Part shown: positions 1 to 9,755 of the stretch, in pieces | Layout of the letters: the number at the start of each line of letters is the position of its first letter | Numbering within the stretch: position 1 is the stretch's first letter | Program-made: the position numbers and the translations under genes | NCBI GenBank assembly: GCA_934476075.1 | Contig: CAKSNH010000013.1 | Coordinates: 1 to 64,000, forward strand | Direction: 5' to 3' | From: an uncultured Clostridia bacterium | Lineage (GTDB): Bacteria; Bacillota; Clostridia; UBA1381 | DNA: 64,000 nucleotides | Notes under the pieces: model-generated | Databases searched by the model: none | Seen by the model: the letters and a program-made list of their open reading frames with translations, nothing else | What the model was told of the DNA's origin: nothing

Positions 1-179
1 TTTGCCGTAATATTTTGTTATGAGTTTATCTCGTAACAAAATATTGCGGAATGTAACACATCTATTGTAAACCTACATTTTTTTGTTTAATCAAAGTATA
101 TTATCGGTTGACTTATTGCATTATATAATATAAAATAGTTTTATGGTGCTTTTTGCAGAACAAGGGACGGAGGTATACT

Positions 180-1184
180 GTGAAAAAAATAAAATATATA
201 GTATTAATTTTAACAGCGATAATAATATTTTCCGGAATATATGCTGCGGTGGATATTAATAAAGATATGAAGAAAAACCATCTCAAAGAAACGGTTACGA
301 TTAATATTGCCGACGGAGCAACGGGAAATTCGGTTATAAAGTCGCTTAAAGAAAACGGTGTAATCAAATATCCGACATTTTTCAAAATGAAAGCAAAGTC
401 GGACGGGAGCATAACAAAGTTTCAGCCGGGCGATTTAACGGTCGAGCCGAACACAAGCTATGAGGAGATAATAAACAGCCTTAAAACAACCAACAGGAAT
501 ATGTTTAAGGTTACTATCCCCGAGGGGTACGAAATGCGTCAGATTGCCGAAAAATTCGCCGAAACGGGTGTAATATCAACAGACGATTTTTATGCTGCCG
601 CAAAGGCAAGCGATTATGACTACAAATTTTTAAAGGATATACCAAAGCGTGAAAATGAATTGGAGGGTTATCTTTATCCCGACACATATGTATTTGGGCA
701 TAATGCGTCGGCACATGATATAATCAAAATGATGCTTGACGAATTTGATAATTGTTTTAAGGAAGAATATTATCAGCAGGCGGAAAATATGAACATGACC
801 GTTGACCAAATTGTTACGCTTGCGTCTATTATAGAGCGTGAAACCAATGTGCCCGAAGAACGTGCAAAGGTTGCCGGAGTGTTCTACAACAGAATAAATT
901 CAAACATGAAATTGCAGTCGTGTGCAACAGTACAGTATATCTTAAAGGACAGAAAAGCAAAATTGTCAAATGCAGATGTGCAGATTGATTCAAAATACAA
1001 CACATACAAATACAGCGGTCTGCCGATTGGTCCGATAGCGTCGGCAGGGGAGGAGTGCATAAAAGCGGCACTGTATCCCGAAAAAACCACCGCAAAATAT
1101 TTTGTGCTCGGCAAGGACGGAAAACACGTTTTCTCCGACACTTATCAGCAGCATTTGGCGGCAAAACAAAAAGCAGAGTCATAG
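180..1184 (+). CDS. mltG: Endolytic murein transglycosylase MltG (YceG family). The start is probably the GTG at 180 after AGGGACGGAGG; the ORF track extends to a TTG at 153.
   Basis: N-terminal TM helix followed by a YceG-like domain, with a C-terminal LPIGPIASAGEE-type motif typical of MltG. It sits next to a yrrM-like methyltransferase, as in Bacillus yrrL-yrrM. Confidence 0.75.
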   Translation: MKKIKYIVLILTAIIIFSGIYAAVDINKDMKKNHLKETVTINIADGATGNSVIKSLKENGVIKYPTFFKMKAKSDGSITKFQPGDLTVEPNTSYEEIINSLKTTNRNMFKVTIPEGYEMRQIAEKFAETGVISTDDFYAAAKASDYDYKFLKDIPKRENELEGYLYPDTYVFGHNASAHDIIKMMLDEFDNCFKEEYYQQAENMNMTVDQIVTLASIIERETNVPEERAKVAGVFYNRINSNMKLQSCATVQYILKDRKAKLSNADVQIDSKYNTYKYSGLPIGPIASAGEECIKAALYPEKTTAKYFVLGKDGKHVFSDTYQQHLAAKQKAES

Positions 1185-1204
1185 AAAGGACAGCATATTA
1201 CAAA

Positions 1205-1864
1205 ATGATAGAATACGACAGAAATGCTATAACATATGAATATGTTACAAATTATATACGCAGCGAATTGCCGAAAAAACAAGGCTTGCTCGGCGAGATG
1301 GAAAAGTATGCCGAGGAGAACAGTGTTCCGATTGTTCCGCCCGAAACGGCGGCACTTTTATCGGTATTGTCAAATTCCGTAAAGCCTATGAACATATTGG
1401 AGATTGGCTGTGCTATCGGATATTCGGCGATAACTTTGTCGGAGGGGCTGGGTATCGGCGGTCAGATTACCACGCTTGAATACAACAGCGACATGGTTAA
1501 AATTGCAAGAGCAAATATAGAAAAAGCCGGACTGTCGGATACGATAACGGTCATTGAAACCGATGCAAAGGATTATATAAAAGACTTAAACGGCGTATAC
1601 GATATGATTTTTCTGGACGGACCGAAAGCACATTACATATATATGCTTGATGATTGCGTGCGTCTGCTCAGAAAAGGCGGTCTGCTCGTTGCGGATAACG
1701 TTCTTTATAAAGGAATGACCACAACCGATGATTTGGTTATACGGCGAAAAATAACGATTGTACGCCGTCTGCGTCAATTTATAACGGAATTGAACAGCAG
1801 GGCGGATTTAAAAACATCAATACTGCCTTTGGGTGACGGAATGACAATATCGGTAAAGCTATAA
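1205..1864 (+). CDS. Class I SAM-dependent O-methyltransferase, TrmR/YrrM-like (caffeoyl-CoA OMT fold).
   Basis: SAM-binding motif LEIGCAIGYSAITL. The size (~220 aa) and the position directly downstream of mltG match Bacillus yrrL-yrrM. The upstream extension to 1055 overlaps mltG and is rejected. Confidence 0.6.
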   Translation: MIEYDRNAITYEYVTNYIRSELPKKQGLLGEMEKYAEENSVPIVPPETAALLSVLSNSVKPMNILEIGCAIGYSAITLSEGLGIGGQITTLEYNSDMVKIARANIEKAGLSDTITVIETDAKDYIKDLNGVYDMIFLDGPKAHYIYMLDDCVRLLRKGGLLVADNVLYKGMTTTDDLVIRRKITIVRRLRQFITELNSRADLKTSILPLGDGMTISVKL

Positions 1865-1886
1865 CACACTGCGGAAAGGATAAAAT

Positions 1887-2594
1887 ATGAAAGACCTACT
1901 ATTAAAGGGTGCGAAAGAACTCGGTGTACCCCTTGACGAACAACAGGCGGAACAGTTTTGCCGATATGCAAAGCTTTTGGTCGAGTGGAACGAAAAGATT
2001 AATCTTACGGCAATAACGGACGATAACGGAATAGTTACAAAACATTTTTTGGACAGTCTTACTCCGATTTTGACGGATAAGGTGAACGGTGCGGTGATTG
2101 ATGTGGGCACGGGAGCGGGATTTCCGGGGCTGCCGCTTAAAATCGCCAAACCCGAAATAAAGCTTACATTGCTTGACTCGTTAAACAAACGTGTGAAATT
2201 TCTTCAAACAGTGACCGATGAATTGGGACTTGACAATGTGGAGTGTATACATTCCCGTGCCGAGGACGGCGGAAGAAACAAGGATTTGCGTGAAAAATTT
2301 GATTTGTGCGTATCCCGTGCGGTAGCCAATTTGGCGGTGCTTTGTGAATTTTGTCTGCCGTTTGTAAAGGTGGGCGGAATGTTTATGGCTTTAAAAGGAC
2401 CTTTGGCAGATGAGGAGATTGAAAATGCAAAGCGTTCGATAAGGGAATTGGGCGGTGAAGTGTGCGATACGGCGGAGTTTGATATACCTTTTACCGACTT
2501 AAATCATAAAATAGTTATGATTAAAAAAGTGCGACATACTCCGAAACAATATCCCAGAAAAGCCGGAGTTCCGACAAAAAATCCGCTTGTTTAA
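1887..2594 (+). CDS. rsmG: 16S rRNA (guanine527-N7)-methyltransferase RsmG (GidB).
   Basis: LLVEWNEKINLTAITD...HFLDSL N-terminus and a GxGxGFPGLPLKI SAM motif. A GGA-rich RBS precedes the ATG. Confidence 0.85.
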   Translation: MKDLLLKGAKELGVPLDEQQAEQFCRYAKLLVEWNEKINLTAITDDNGIVTKHFLDSLTPILTDKVNGAVIDVGTGAGFPGLPLKIAKPEIKLTLLDSLNKRVKFLQTVTDELGLDNVECIHSRAEDGGRNKDLREKFDLCVSRAVANLAVLCEFCLPFVKVGGMFMALKGPLADEEIENAKRSIRELGGEVCDTAEFDIPFTDLNHKIVMIKKVRHTPKQYPRKAGVPTKNPLV

Positions 2595-2977
2595 ATGAGT
2601 TTATTTGTAATTAATGAATTTTATTATAATTTAATATGAAATTTAGTCGAACTGTTTTTCTTCACATTTGGGAATTTTATGATATAATTGTGAATGTAAG
2701 GCAGTTCGATTTTGTATGTAATGAAATATTCATACAATAAAAACAAGCAGATTGTGTGTCCGAAAAACACACCCCCAACAACTGCATTTTTTATAGTACC
2801 CCCAAGCACTATAAAGACAGCCTTACACCTTCCACCACCAAAAGTTGCTTTGGCAGAGTAGTTAAAATGTATAATCGGGTATGACAGTTGCTCCGACATC
2901 AGTATTATACAAATTCATCACAGACTATTGCATCAATCTCTGCCAAAAGCAGCCCATAAACAAGGAGGAATAACATT

Positions 2978-3784
2978 ATGATGCAGGCATTTAGAAATAA
3001 GTTCAGCAACGAGGAACGCATGAAAATAGTAAATATTCCTTTGGAAATAATATATCCAAATCCAAATCAGCCACGAAAGAATTTCGAGGACGGTACGCTT
3101 AATGAATTGGCGGAGTCAATCGACCAATACGGGGTTATACAGCCGATAACCGCCCGAAAGATAGACCGAGGGTATGAGATTATAGCAGGCGAACGCAGAT
3201 ACAGAGCGTGCAAGCTGTTAGGGCTTGCGACAATACCGGCTATAATCATAAATGCAGACGATAATAAGTCGGCAATTCTTGCACTTTTGGAGAATTTGCA
3301 GCGTGAGGATTTATGCTTTTTTGAGATTGCCGAGGCATATCAGAACTTAATCCGTGAACAGGGCATGACGCAGGACGAGTTGGCGAGGAAAGTGGGGAAA
3401 AGCCAATCCACGATAGCCAATAAGCTGCGTTTGCTCAGGCTCAGTCCGAAGGTAAAAAAGCTTGTGAGGGAGTTTGCTCTGACGGAGCGTCATGCAAGGG
3501 CGATACTCTCTGTCACGAATGAGGACGAGCAGCTGAGTGTACTCAGAACGGTGTATGACAAGCAGTTAAACGTTCAGCAGACCGAGGAGCTTGTGCTCAA
3601 ATTGTTAAAGGACAAGCCCGAAAAGAAAAAGAAAGAACCGTTTCCGGCATTCAAGGATTTGCGTATTTTTACAAACACAATCAAAAAGGCTTTGTCCGTT
3701 ATGGAGCAAAACGGAGTGAAAGCGAATATGAAAAAGAATGATTTTGATTGGGGGATAGAATATATTATAAAGGTTGAGAAGTAA
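2978..3784 (+). CDS. ParB/Spo0J-family protein (Noc-like nucleoid occlusion or ParB paralog). No adjacent parA.
   Basis: ParB N-terminal box (QPRKNF...IQPITARK...YEIIAGERRYRA) plus an HTH. It follows rsmG, as in the Firmicute gidB-noc arrangement. A strong RBS AAGGAGG is present. Confidence 0.7.
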   Translation: MMQAFRNKFSNEERMKIVNIPLEIIYPNPNQPRKNFEDGTLNELAESIDQYGVIQPITARKIDRGYEIIAGERRYRACKLLGLATIPAIIINADDNKSAILALLENLQREDLCFFEIAEAYQNLIREQGMTQDELARKVGKSQSTIANKLRLLRLSPKVKKLVREFALTERHARAILSVTNEDEQLSVLRTVYDKQLNVQQTEELVLKLLKDKPEKKKKEPFPAFKDLRIFTNTIKKALSVMEQNGVKANMKKNDFDWGIEYIIKVEK

Positions 3785-3812
3785 TAAAGGTGCTGCAAAA
3801 ACAGCACCTTTA

Positions 3813-4055
3813 TTAAATTTCAAGACCGTCAAAAAAGTCATCAAACGAACAGTTATATATTTCTTTCAGAGCAAGAATTACACTGATTTTGATGTTTAGT
3901 TCTCCGGCTTCGTATTTTGCATATGTGCTTCTGCCGATGTCGCAGCCGTAGAGCTGTAATTCGGCACACAGCTTTTCCTGTGAAAAATTATTGTCAAATC
4001 TTAATTTTCTTAAATTGTCACCGATATTTCGGTCACGTCTTAGTTTTTGTTCCAT
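3813..4055 (-). CDS. XRE-family helix-turn-helix transcriptional regulator.
   Basis: HTH_XRE signature (IGDNLRKLRFDNNFSQEKLCAELQ...STYAKYEAG). Confidence 0.6.
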   Translation of the reverse strand: MEQKLRRDRNIGDNLRKLRFDNNFSQEKLCAELQLYGCDIGRSTYAKYEAGELNIKISVILALKEIYNCSFDDFFDGLEI

Positions 4056-4294
4056 TAATCTTCTTCAATATCAACCAATTTATACATAGGTATGTTTAAA
4101 ACCTCTGCTATGACAAAAAGAGTTTTAAGCGAAGGGCAAAAATAACTGTTAGGACCTTCAAGCTGTGAAATATATCCTGCCGATAAATTGCAGCTTTCGG
4201 CAAGTTCCTCCTGCGTCATACCGCTTAGCTTGCGGTAGTATGCAATTTTAAGACCTATTTTGATTAAATTCATTTTGTATTGGCTTTCTAACAT
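4055..4294 (-). CDS. XRE-family helix-turn-helix transcriptional regulator, tandem with the previous one.
   Basis: HTH_XRE signature (IGLKIAYYRKLSGMTQEELAE...SQLE). Confidence 0.6.
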   Translation of the reverse strand: MLESQYKMNLIKIGLKIAYYRKLSGMTQEELAESCNLSAGYISQLEGPNSYFCPSLKTLFVIAEVLNIPMYKLVDIEED

Positions 4295-4312
4295 ACTATT
4301 CCTCCGTGCTGA

Positions 4313-5920
4313 TTATTGCATATTCTTTTTCATTTCCAAATATTCATCATAACTGCACATTCTGTCGATTATACCGTCGGGAGTTATCTCGATAATACGG
4401 TTTGCGATAGTCTGTATAAATTCATGGTCGTGCGAGGCGAATATAATATTGCCGGCAAAGCTTTCCAAGCCTTTGTTTACGGCTGTGATAGATTCAAGGT
4501 CAAGATGGTTTGTAGGCTGGTCGAGCAGCAGCACGTTTGAACCGTATACCATCATTCTCGAAAGCATACATCTTACCTTTTCACCGCCCGAAAGCACGTT
4601 TACTTCCTTAAACACATCATCGCCCGAGAACAACATTCTGCCCAGAAAACCACGAATATAAGACTCGTTTTGGGTGTCGAAACCGTCGGGAGTGTATTGC
4701 CTTAGCCAATCAATCAGATTTAGCTTGCACCCGTCAAAATATTTCGTATTGTCCTTAGGGAAGTAGCTTTGACTTGTGCTCACACCCCATTTGTAGCTGC
4801 CTGAATCGGGTTCGGCATTGCCCGAAAGAATTTCAAAAAGCATGGTAACCGCAAGTTCATTTTCGCCGATAATTGCGATTTTGTCATTTTTGTTGACGGT
4901 AAAGGTTATGTCGTTAAGCAAAAGCTGTCCGTCCTGTGATTTGGTAAGCGAGTTTACAAACAAAATGTCTTTGCCCGCCTCTCTGTCCATGGTAAATCCG
5001 ACAAACGGATATTTTCTGCTTGACGCCGGCATTTCCTCAACCGTGATTTTTTCAAGCATTTTCTTTCTTGAAGTAGCCTGTTTTGACTTTGATTTATTTG
5101 CCGAGAAACGCTGAATAAAGTTTTGCAGTTCGCTGATACGTTCTTCCGCTTTCTTGTTTTGCTGTTTCATCATTCTTTCGATAAGCTGACTCGATTCATA
5201 CCAGAACTCGTAGTTGCCGACATACATTTTAATTTTTGTATAGTCAATATCGACTATATGCGTACATACCGTGTTAAGGAAATGACGGTCATGCGATACA
5301 ACTATTATCGTACCTTCGTAGTCAAGAATAAAGTCTTCAAGCCATTCGATAGCCTGTATGTCAAGGTGGTTTGTAGGCTCGTCAAGAAGGATAATGTCGG
5401 GATTTCCGAAAAGAGCCTGTGCAAGCAGTATTTTCACCTTTTCATTGCCTGTAAGCGATGACATTTCTTGATATAAAATTGATTCGTCCAAACCAAGTCC
5501 CTGTACAAGTCTTGATGCGTTCGATTCGGCCTCCCAGCCATCAAGCTCGGCAAACTCAGCCTCTAAGTCGGCGGCACGAATACCGTCCTCATCGGAAAAA
5601 TCCTCTTTTGCATACAATGCGTCTTTTTCCTTCATAATATCATACAGGTGCTTGTTGCCGATTATTATTGTGTCAAGCACGGTGTAGCTGTCGTATGCGA
5701 AATGGTCCTGTTTTAGGACGGACATTCTTGTGTTTTCGCTGATTGATACTTCACCGGTCGTGGAGTCAAGCTCGCCCGAAAGTATTTTTAAAAATGTGGA
5801 TTTGCCCGCACCGTTCGCACCGATAACCCCGTAGCAATTACCCGGTGTAAATTTAAGGTTTACGTTTGAGAACAGATTTGTTCCGCTGAAATTTAAACTT
5901 AGATTTGTAACTGTTATCAC
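4313..5920 (-). CDS. ABC-F family ATPase (two fused ABC domains, no TMD). Subtype undetermined: translation factor-like or ARE-type. Start is the GTG at 5920 (MITVTNLSLNF) after AGGAGA.
   Basis: Two Walker A motifs (GANGAGKST and a second NBD), two ABC signature and Walker B regions, and a charged interdomain linker. Confidence 0.8.
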   Translation of the reverse strand: MITVTNLSLNFSGTNLFSNVNLKFTPGNCYGVIGANGAGKSTFLKILSGELDSTTGEVSISENTRMSVLKQDHFAYDSYTVLDTIIIGNKHLYDIMKEKDALYAKEDFSDEDGIRAADLEAEFAELDGWEAESNASRLVQGLGLDESILYQEMSSLTGNEKVKILLAQALFGNPDIILLDEPTNHLDIQAIEWLEDFILDYEGTIIVVSHDRHFLNTVCTHIVDIDYTKIKMYVGNYEFWYESSQLIERMMKQQNKKAEERISELQNFIQRFSANKSKSKQATSRKKMLEKITVEEMPASSRKYPFVGFTMDREAGKDILFVNSLTKSQDGQLLLNDITFTVNKNDKIAIIGENELAVTMLFEILSGNAEPDSGSYKWGVSTSQSYFPKDNTKYFDGCKLNLIDWLRQYTPDGFDTQNESYIRGFLGRMLFSGDDVFKEVNVLSGGEKVRCMLSRMMVYGSNVLLLDQPTNHLDLESITAVNKGLESFAGNIIFASHDHEFIQTIANRIIEITPDGIIDRMCSYDEYLEMKKNMQ

Positions 5921-6349
5921 TATGTTTTCTCCTGTCTTTGTTTCGATTATATATTGTATTTTACCATATAAGTGTAAAAACATCAATATTGCAAATTAAA
6001 AAAACGAGGTTTCAATCGCAACACGATTTCAGGTGTTGTATAAATACATTCTCAAAAGGAAAAATAAATACTGATAAGAAATTTCAAAAGGAGCTGAAAA
6101 CTTTGATATATTCGGGGTTTTCAGCTCCTTATCTTTTGTTTTCGGCATAAAAACTTGCAGCTTTCAAAGTCTTGGGTTTTGCAGAAAAATTTCATTTTGG
6201 GCAAAACAAAAGGCGTTAATGTTGTAGATTTAATGAATTATGTTCGGAGTTATAAATAAAACATATTTATCAAATTATAAATTACTAAATTATACTTTAT
6301 TGTTTTCGATATTTGTGTTATTATGATAATAACTTGAATTGGAGGTTTA

Positions 6350-6690
6350 GATTATGTTTATAGGCAGAGAGCGAGAACTTTCAGCTTGTGTTTAGGCTTT
6401 CAATGGAATACGCTTACAAAGAAAAGGCAACCGAACTGCTAAATTGGGATTTGGTTGAATACCCGAAAGAAAATGGGATAAGCCGTGTAATTTCGCTATC
6501 AAAAGAGGAAGAACAGGAATTGATACAGTGCATATATATGAATATGAAACGAAAGACCGCAGGGATTTTGATATAAAATCACTTTCGGAAATTCTCGGGC
6601 ATAAAAATGTATCATTCACCTTAAATGTGTACGGTATTGTTTCTTCGGACATAATTCTGTCGCAGTATGTCGCTTGCAGCACCGATTAAA
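6350..6690 (+). pseudogene. Remnant of a tyrosine recombinase (phage-type integrase) C-terminus, split across two frames.
   Basis: Frame A gives ...NGISRVISLSKEEEQELIQ...NMKRKTAGILI. Frame B gives LSEILGHKNVSFTLNVYGIVSSD, which is the canonical LGHxxxxxTxxYxH catalytic-Tyr C-terminal motif of integrases. Only ~100 aa survive, with no N-terminal SAM-like domain. Confidence 0.5.
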
Positions 6691-6733
6691 GAGATTTTGA
6701 ACGAGAACTATTCTCTGTTGTGTGGCTCTGTTA

Positions 6734-8335
6734 TTATTTTTCCTGTGCATACAGTGCCGCAAAATTAAGAAGCTGCTTTTTTGAGGAAACACCGAGTTTG
6801 CTGTAAATATTGCCGTTATGATATTTAAGTGTACTCTCTTTAACTTCTGCAATCTGTAAAATTTCAGGAACGGTTTTTCCGGCCAGATAGAGGTCAAATA
6901 TTGTTTTCTCCTTGGGAGTAAGGCTGCGTATACCCGAACAGAAATGATTATAATCATCCTGTACGATGATATTTTTATGCTCTTTCATTAGACGCTTGTT
7001 TTCGGTTTTGATACGTTTAATCTCGCTTTGCAGACTTTCGTTTTTTTCGGAATGCTCGTCGAAGATTTTTTGATATTCATTATCCTTTCCGGCAAGAAAT
7101 GCAAAAAGGTCGTCAATTTCCATGATACCGCTTTGACTTTCGTCAGAATATGCCTTTTCGGATTGTTTTATTTTGTCAAGCGATTTTTTTATCGGAAGGA
7201 TAAATCGTTTTGAAAAATACAGGCTAAGGCTTAAAACAGCAAACCCCAAAATCAGAATTATGAGTATAAGCTGCATGGTGTTTTTCGTTTCCAATCCGGA
7301 ATAATCCGCATACGGCATCATAACCGTGACCGAATAAGGCGTGTTTTCGGAATAAAGAGTGGTGTTTCTTGTCATGCCGACATATGCACCGTATTCGTTT
7401 TTCAAAGTGGCAAGACCCTTTTTCATAGGCTTAATTTTTAGGGAATTCTTAGGTGCAAGAAAATATCCGTTTTTTGCTCCGCAGCTTAATCCCTCTTTGA
7501 TATTAATTTCTTTATCGTCCGAGCGGGAGAATACGCAAGTTATGTGCGGAAGTGTGGACGGCTGTGCGTGCACGGATTTAAAAACGCTTTCGTTCACTTC
7601 AAAACCGCAGATGCCGTAAACACGGCCGCCATCGCCCCTGATAGGAAGAGCAATAAGCATAACTCGCTCCGACGTTCCGGGAAGTGTTATAATATTGCAG
7701 ATGTGAGCGGCTTTTTCAATCGGCTCGGAAGTATCCGAAAAAACTTCTTCAAAATTCGGAAATACCTCGGCATCAAATTCCAAATGCCATTTACGGTGAG
7801 GCATAATACCTTTGTTTATTGCAGCCTTCACATTTCCCCTGTAAAGAAGCATTGTTTCCTTGTCGGTTGTTTCAAATATGTCCCGGTTAAGATATACGCC
7901 TGCTTTTGAACCGCTTGCACCGGTTTGAGATGCGTTAATCAGAATAAAAGCACCGGAACAGCTTGCATTTAAAAGTTCGTTCTTCAATAAATCAATATAG
8001 CGTTCTTCAAGAGCATTGATATGCAAAGAAGAATTTTGAACGTCGCCGAAATCTGTATTTTCTGAATTAAGATATTGCTCTGTAAGCTGTGCGGCTTTTT
8101 CGGAAAGCTGTGCGCCACGCAAGGTAATATCATTATAGTAAGACGCCATTTCACGGTCAAAAAACTCAATCTGAAGGCTTAATATATCCGATATTTTATC
8201 CGCAGTTGTCGAAAAACGTCCGAACAGGAAGAGAAAAGCCGCAAATATAAGCAATAAAACAATAGCTAGGATAAACATATATCCAAACAGCTTTTTTTGC
8301 ATAGATTGTTTTTTGTTTCTTACCGATATTTGCAT
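6734..8335 (-). CDS. Membrane-anchored LuxR-family (GerE-type HTH) one-component regulator with a large extracytoplasmic sensor domain.
   Basis: TM1 near the N-terminus, a ~300-aa extracytoplasmic region, TM2, a cytoplasmic coiled-coil and a C-terminal LuxR HTH (LTPKEKTIFDLYLAGKTVPEILQIAEVKESTLKYHNGNIYSKLGVSSKKQL). The preferred start is MQISV at 8335, with RBS ACGGGGGA. Confidence 0.65.
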   Translation of the reverse strand: MQISVRNKKQSMQKKLFGYMFILAIVLLLIFAAFLFLFGRFSTTADKISDILSLQIEFFDREMASYYNDITLRGAQLSEKAAQLTEQYLNSENTDFGDVQNSSLHINALEERYIDLLKNELLNASCSGAFILINASQTGASGSKAGVYLNRDIFETTDKETMLLYRGNVKAAINKGIMPHRKWHLEFDAEVFPNFEEVFSDTSEPIEKAAHICNIITLPGTSERVMLIALPIRGDGGRVYGICGFEVNESVFKSVHAQPSTLPHITCVFSRSDDKEINIKEGLSCGAKNGYFLAPKNSLKIKPMKKGLATLKNEYGAYVGMTRNTTLYSENTPYSVTVMMPYADYSGLETKNTMQLILIILILGFAVLSLSLYFSKRFILPIKKSLDKIKQSEKAYSDESQSGIMEIDDLFAFLAGKDNEYQKIFDEHSEKNESLQSEIKRIKTENKRLMKEHKNIIVQDDYNHFCSGIRSLTPKEKTIFDLYLAGKTVPEILQIAEVKESTLKYHNGNIYSKLGVSSKKQLLNFAALYAQEK

Positions 8336-8348
8336 AACAATCCCCCGT

Positions 8349-9671
8349 CTATTTTTCGCAGAGCTTTTGCCACAGTCCCTCAGCAAGTGCTTCGGGAGGC
8401 GTGTTGCTTAATATAAATTGTTTCTGTTCGTTTCTTAAATAATCGTAAAATGCGTAAACTCTGCTGTAATATTCGGGATTTTGCTGTTCTGACAAAACCT
8501 CCGAGCTTTCCTTAACTTTTTTTAGAGTTGCATAGAGTTTTTCATAATCGGTTGTCTTGAAACGGTAGTCGCCTATTTTGTCAAACGCACCGTTTGTAAC
8601 CGGCATATAACCTGTTTGGCATACGAACTCAAGATTTCTTTTCGGTTCGGTAAGCCATTTGGCAAAAATCGCTGACGCTTCTGCTTTTTGAGTTGTTGTT
8701 TTATATGAACAAAGTCCAACTCCGGCTTGCGTAATATACGGTTTTTTGCCATTTTCCGATGGAACAGGCAGTATCTCCAAATTCATCGGCTCACTTGTCC
8801 CGTCCTCATATGTCACGGTATTGTTATAGTAAAGAATTGCGGCGGACGAGCCTATCCCTGCCACAACCTCACCTGTCATAACCTGCGTGTTAGAATAGAG
8901 GTTTGAAAGCATAATATGTCCTTTTGCAAACGAATCCGCAAATTTCATAAATGTCTGCTTAAATATCACGTTAGAAGTGTCATAAAATCCGTTGTCGGCA
9001 AAAATGTTCTCTACGCCATTTTCCGCAGCTGCAAGCTCAACGGCACGGAGCGGATAATCAAGAGCACAGAACGGTTTTCCGCCCGACCAGTCATAATATT
9101 TCGCAGCAGCGTCAAAAAAACCGTTCCAGTCGGAAAGGGATTCATATGTAACGCCCGTATCGGCTGAAAAACGTTCAAATTGACCCCCGGCGATAAATAA
9201 AAGATGCGTGGATTTGGACACAGGAAACACAGCTAACCTTCCGTCTGCCGTGCCGTCCTCCAAAAACTCGGGAACATATGAAGAAAGCTCTTTTTCGGAA
9301 AAATATTCGTTCCAGTCAATTAAATTATCCGTTCCAAGTTCCAGTGCGTTGCTTTTGTGTGCAAAGAAAAGGTCGGGCATTTCGGCGGAGCCGGGAATTT
9401 TTTTTTGTGCGTCAAGCAGCTTTTCGCCTATTTTGGAGGCGTTGGACATTGCCGTGACGTTGATGATAATGCCTTTTTCCATGCCAACTGTCTCGTTGAA
9501 TTCGTCAATAAGCCGATTCATAGGCGAATCCGCCTGTTCTCCGTAAACGTGCCACATTGTAAGCGTAACGGGTTTGTTTTTATCAAGTTCCGATTTTTTG
9601 CAGCCCGAAAAGCAACAAAGCGAAACAGCTAATATGAGTAAAAGCGAAAAAATTTTTCTTATTTGCCACAT
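8349..9671 (-). CDS. Extracellular solute-binding lipoprotein (ABC-type SBP family 1-like, sugar-type). No permease or ATPase genes adjacent.
   Basis: Lipoprotein signal peptide LLLILAVSLCCFSGC and an SBP-like fold pattern. It sits immediately upstream of, and in the same orientation as, the membrane LuxR regulator, with a 13-bp gap. Confidence 0.65.
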   Translation of the reverse strand: MWQIRKIFSLLLILAVSLCCFSGCKKSELDKNKPVTLTMWHVYGEQADSPMNRLIDEFNETVGMEKGIIINVTAMSNASKIGEKLLDAQKKIPGSAEMPDLFFAHKSNALELGTDNLIDWNEYFSEKELSSYVPEFLEDGTADGRLAVFPVSKSTHLLFIAGGQFERFSADTGVTYESLSDWNGFFDAAAKYYDWSGGKPFCALDYPLRAVELAAAENGVENIFADNGFYDTSNVIFKQTFMKFADSFAKGHIMLSNLYSNTQVMTGEVVAGIGSSAAILYYNNTVTYEDGTSEPMNLEILPVPSENGKKPYITQAGVGLCSYKTTTQKAEASAIFAKWLTEPKRNLEFVCQTGYMPVTNGAFDKIGDYRFKTTDYEKLYATLKKVKESSEVLSEQQNPEYYSRVYAFYDYLRNEQKQFILSNTPPEALAEGLWQKLCEK

Positions 9672-9755
9672 ACAAAAATCCCTCCGTGATAAGTTTTTAT
9701 GATTTTTTATCCGTTTTCGTATTTTTTACAACGAACGTTTGCCGCTACCTGCATT

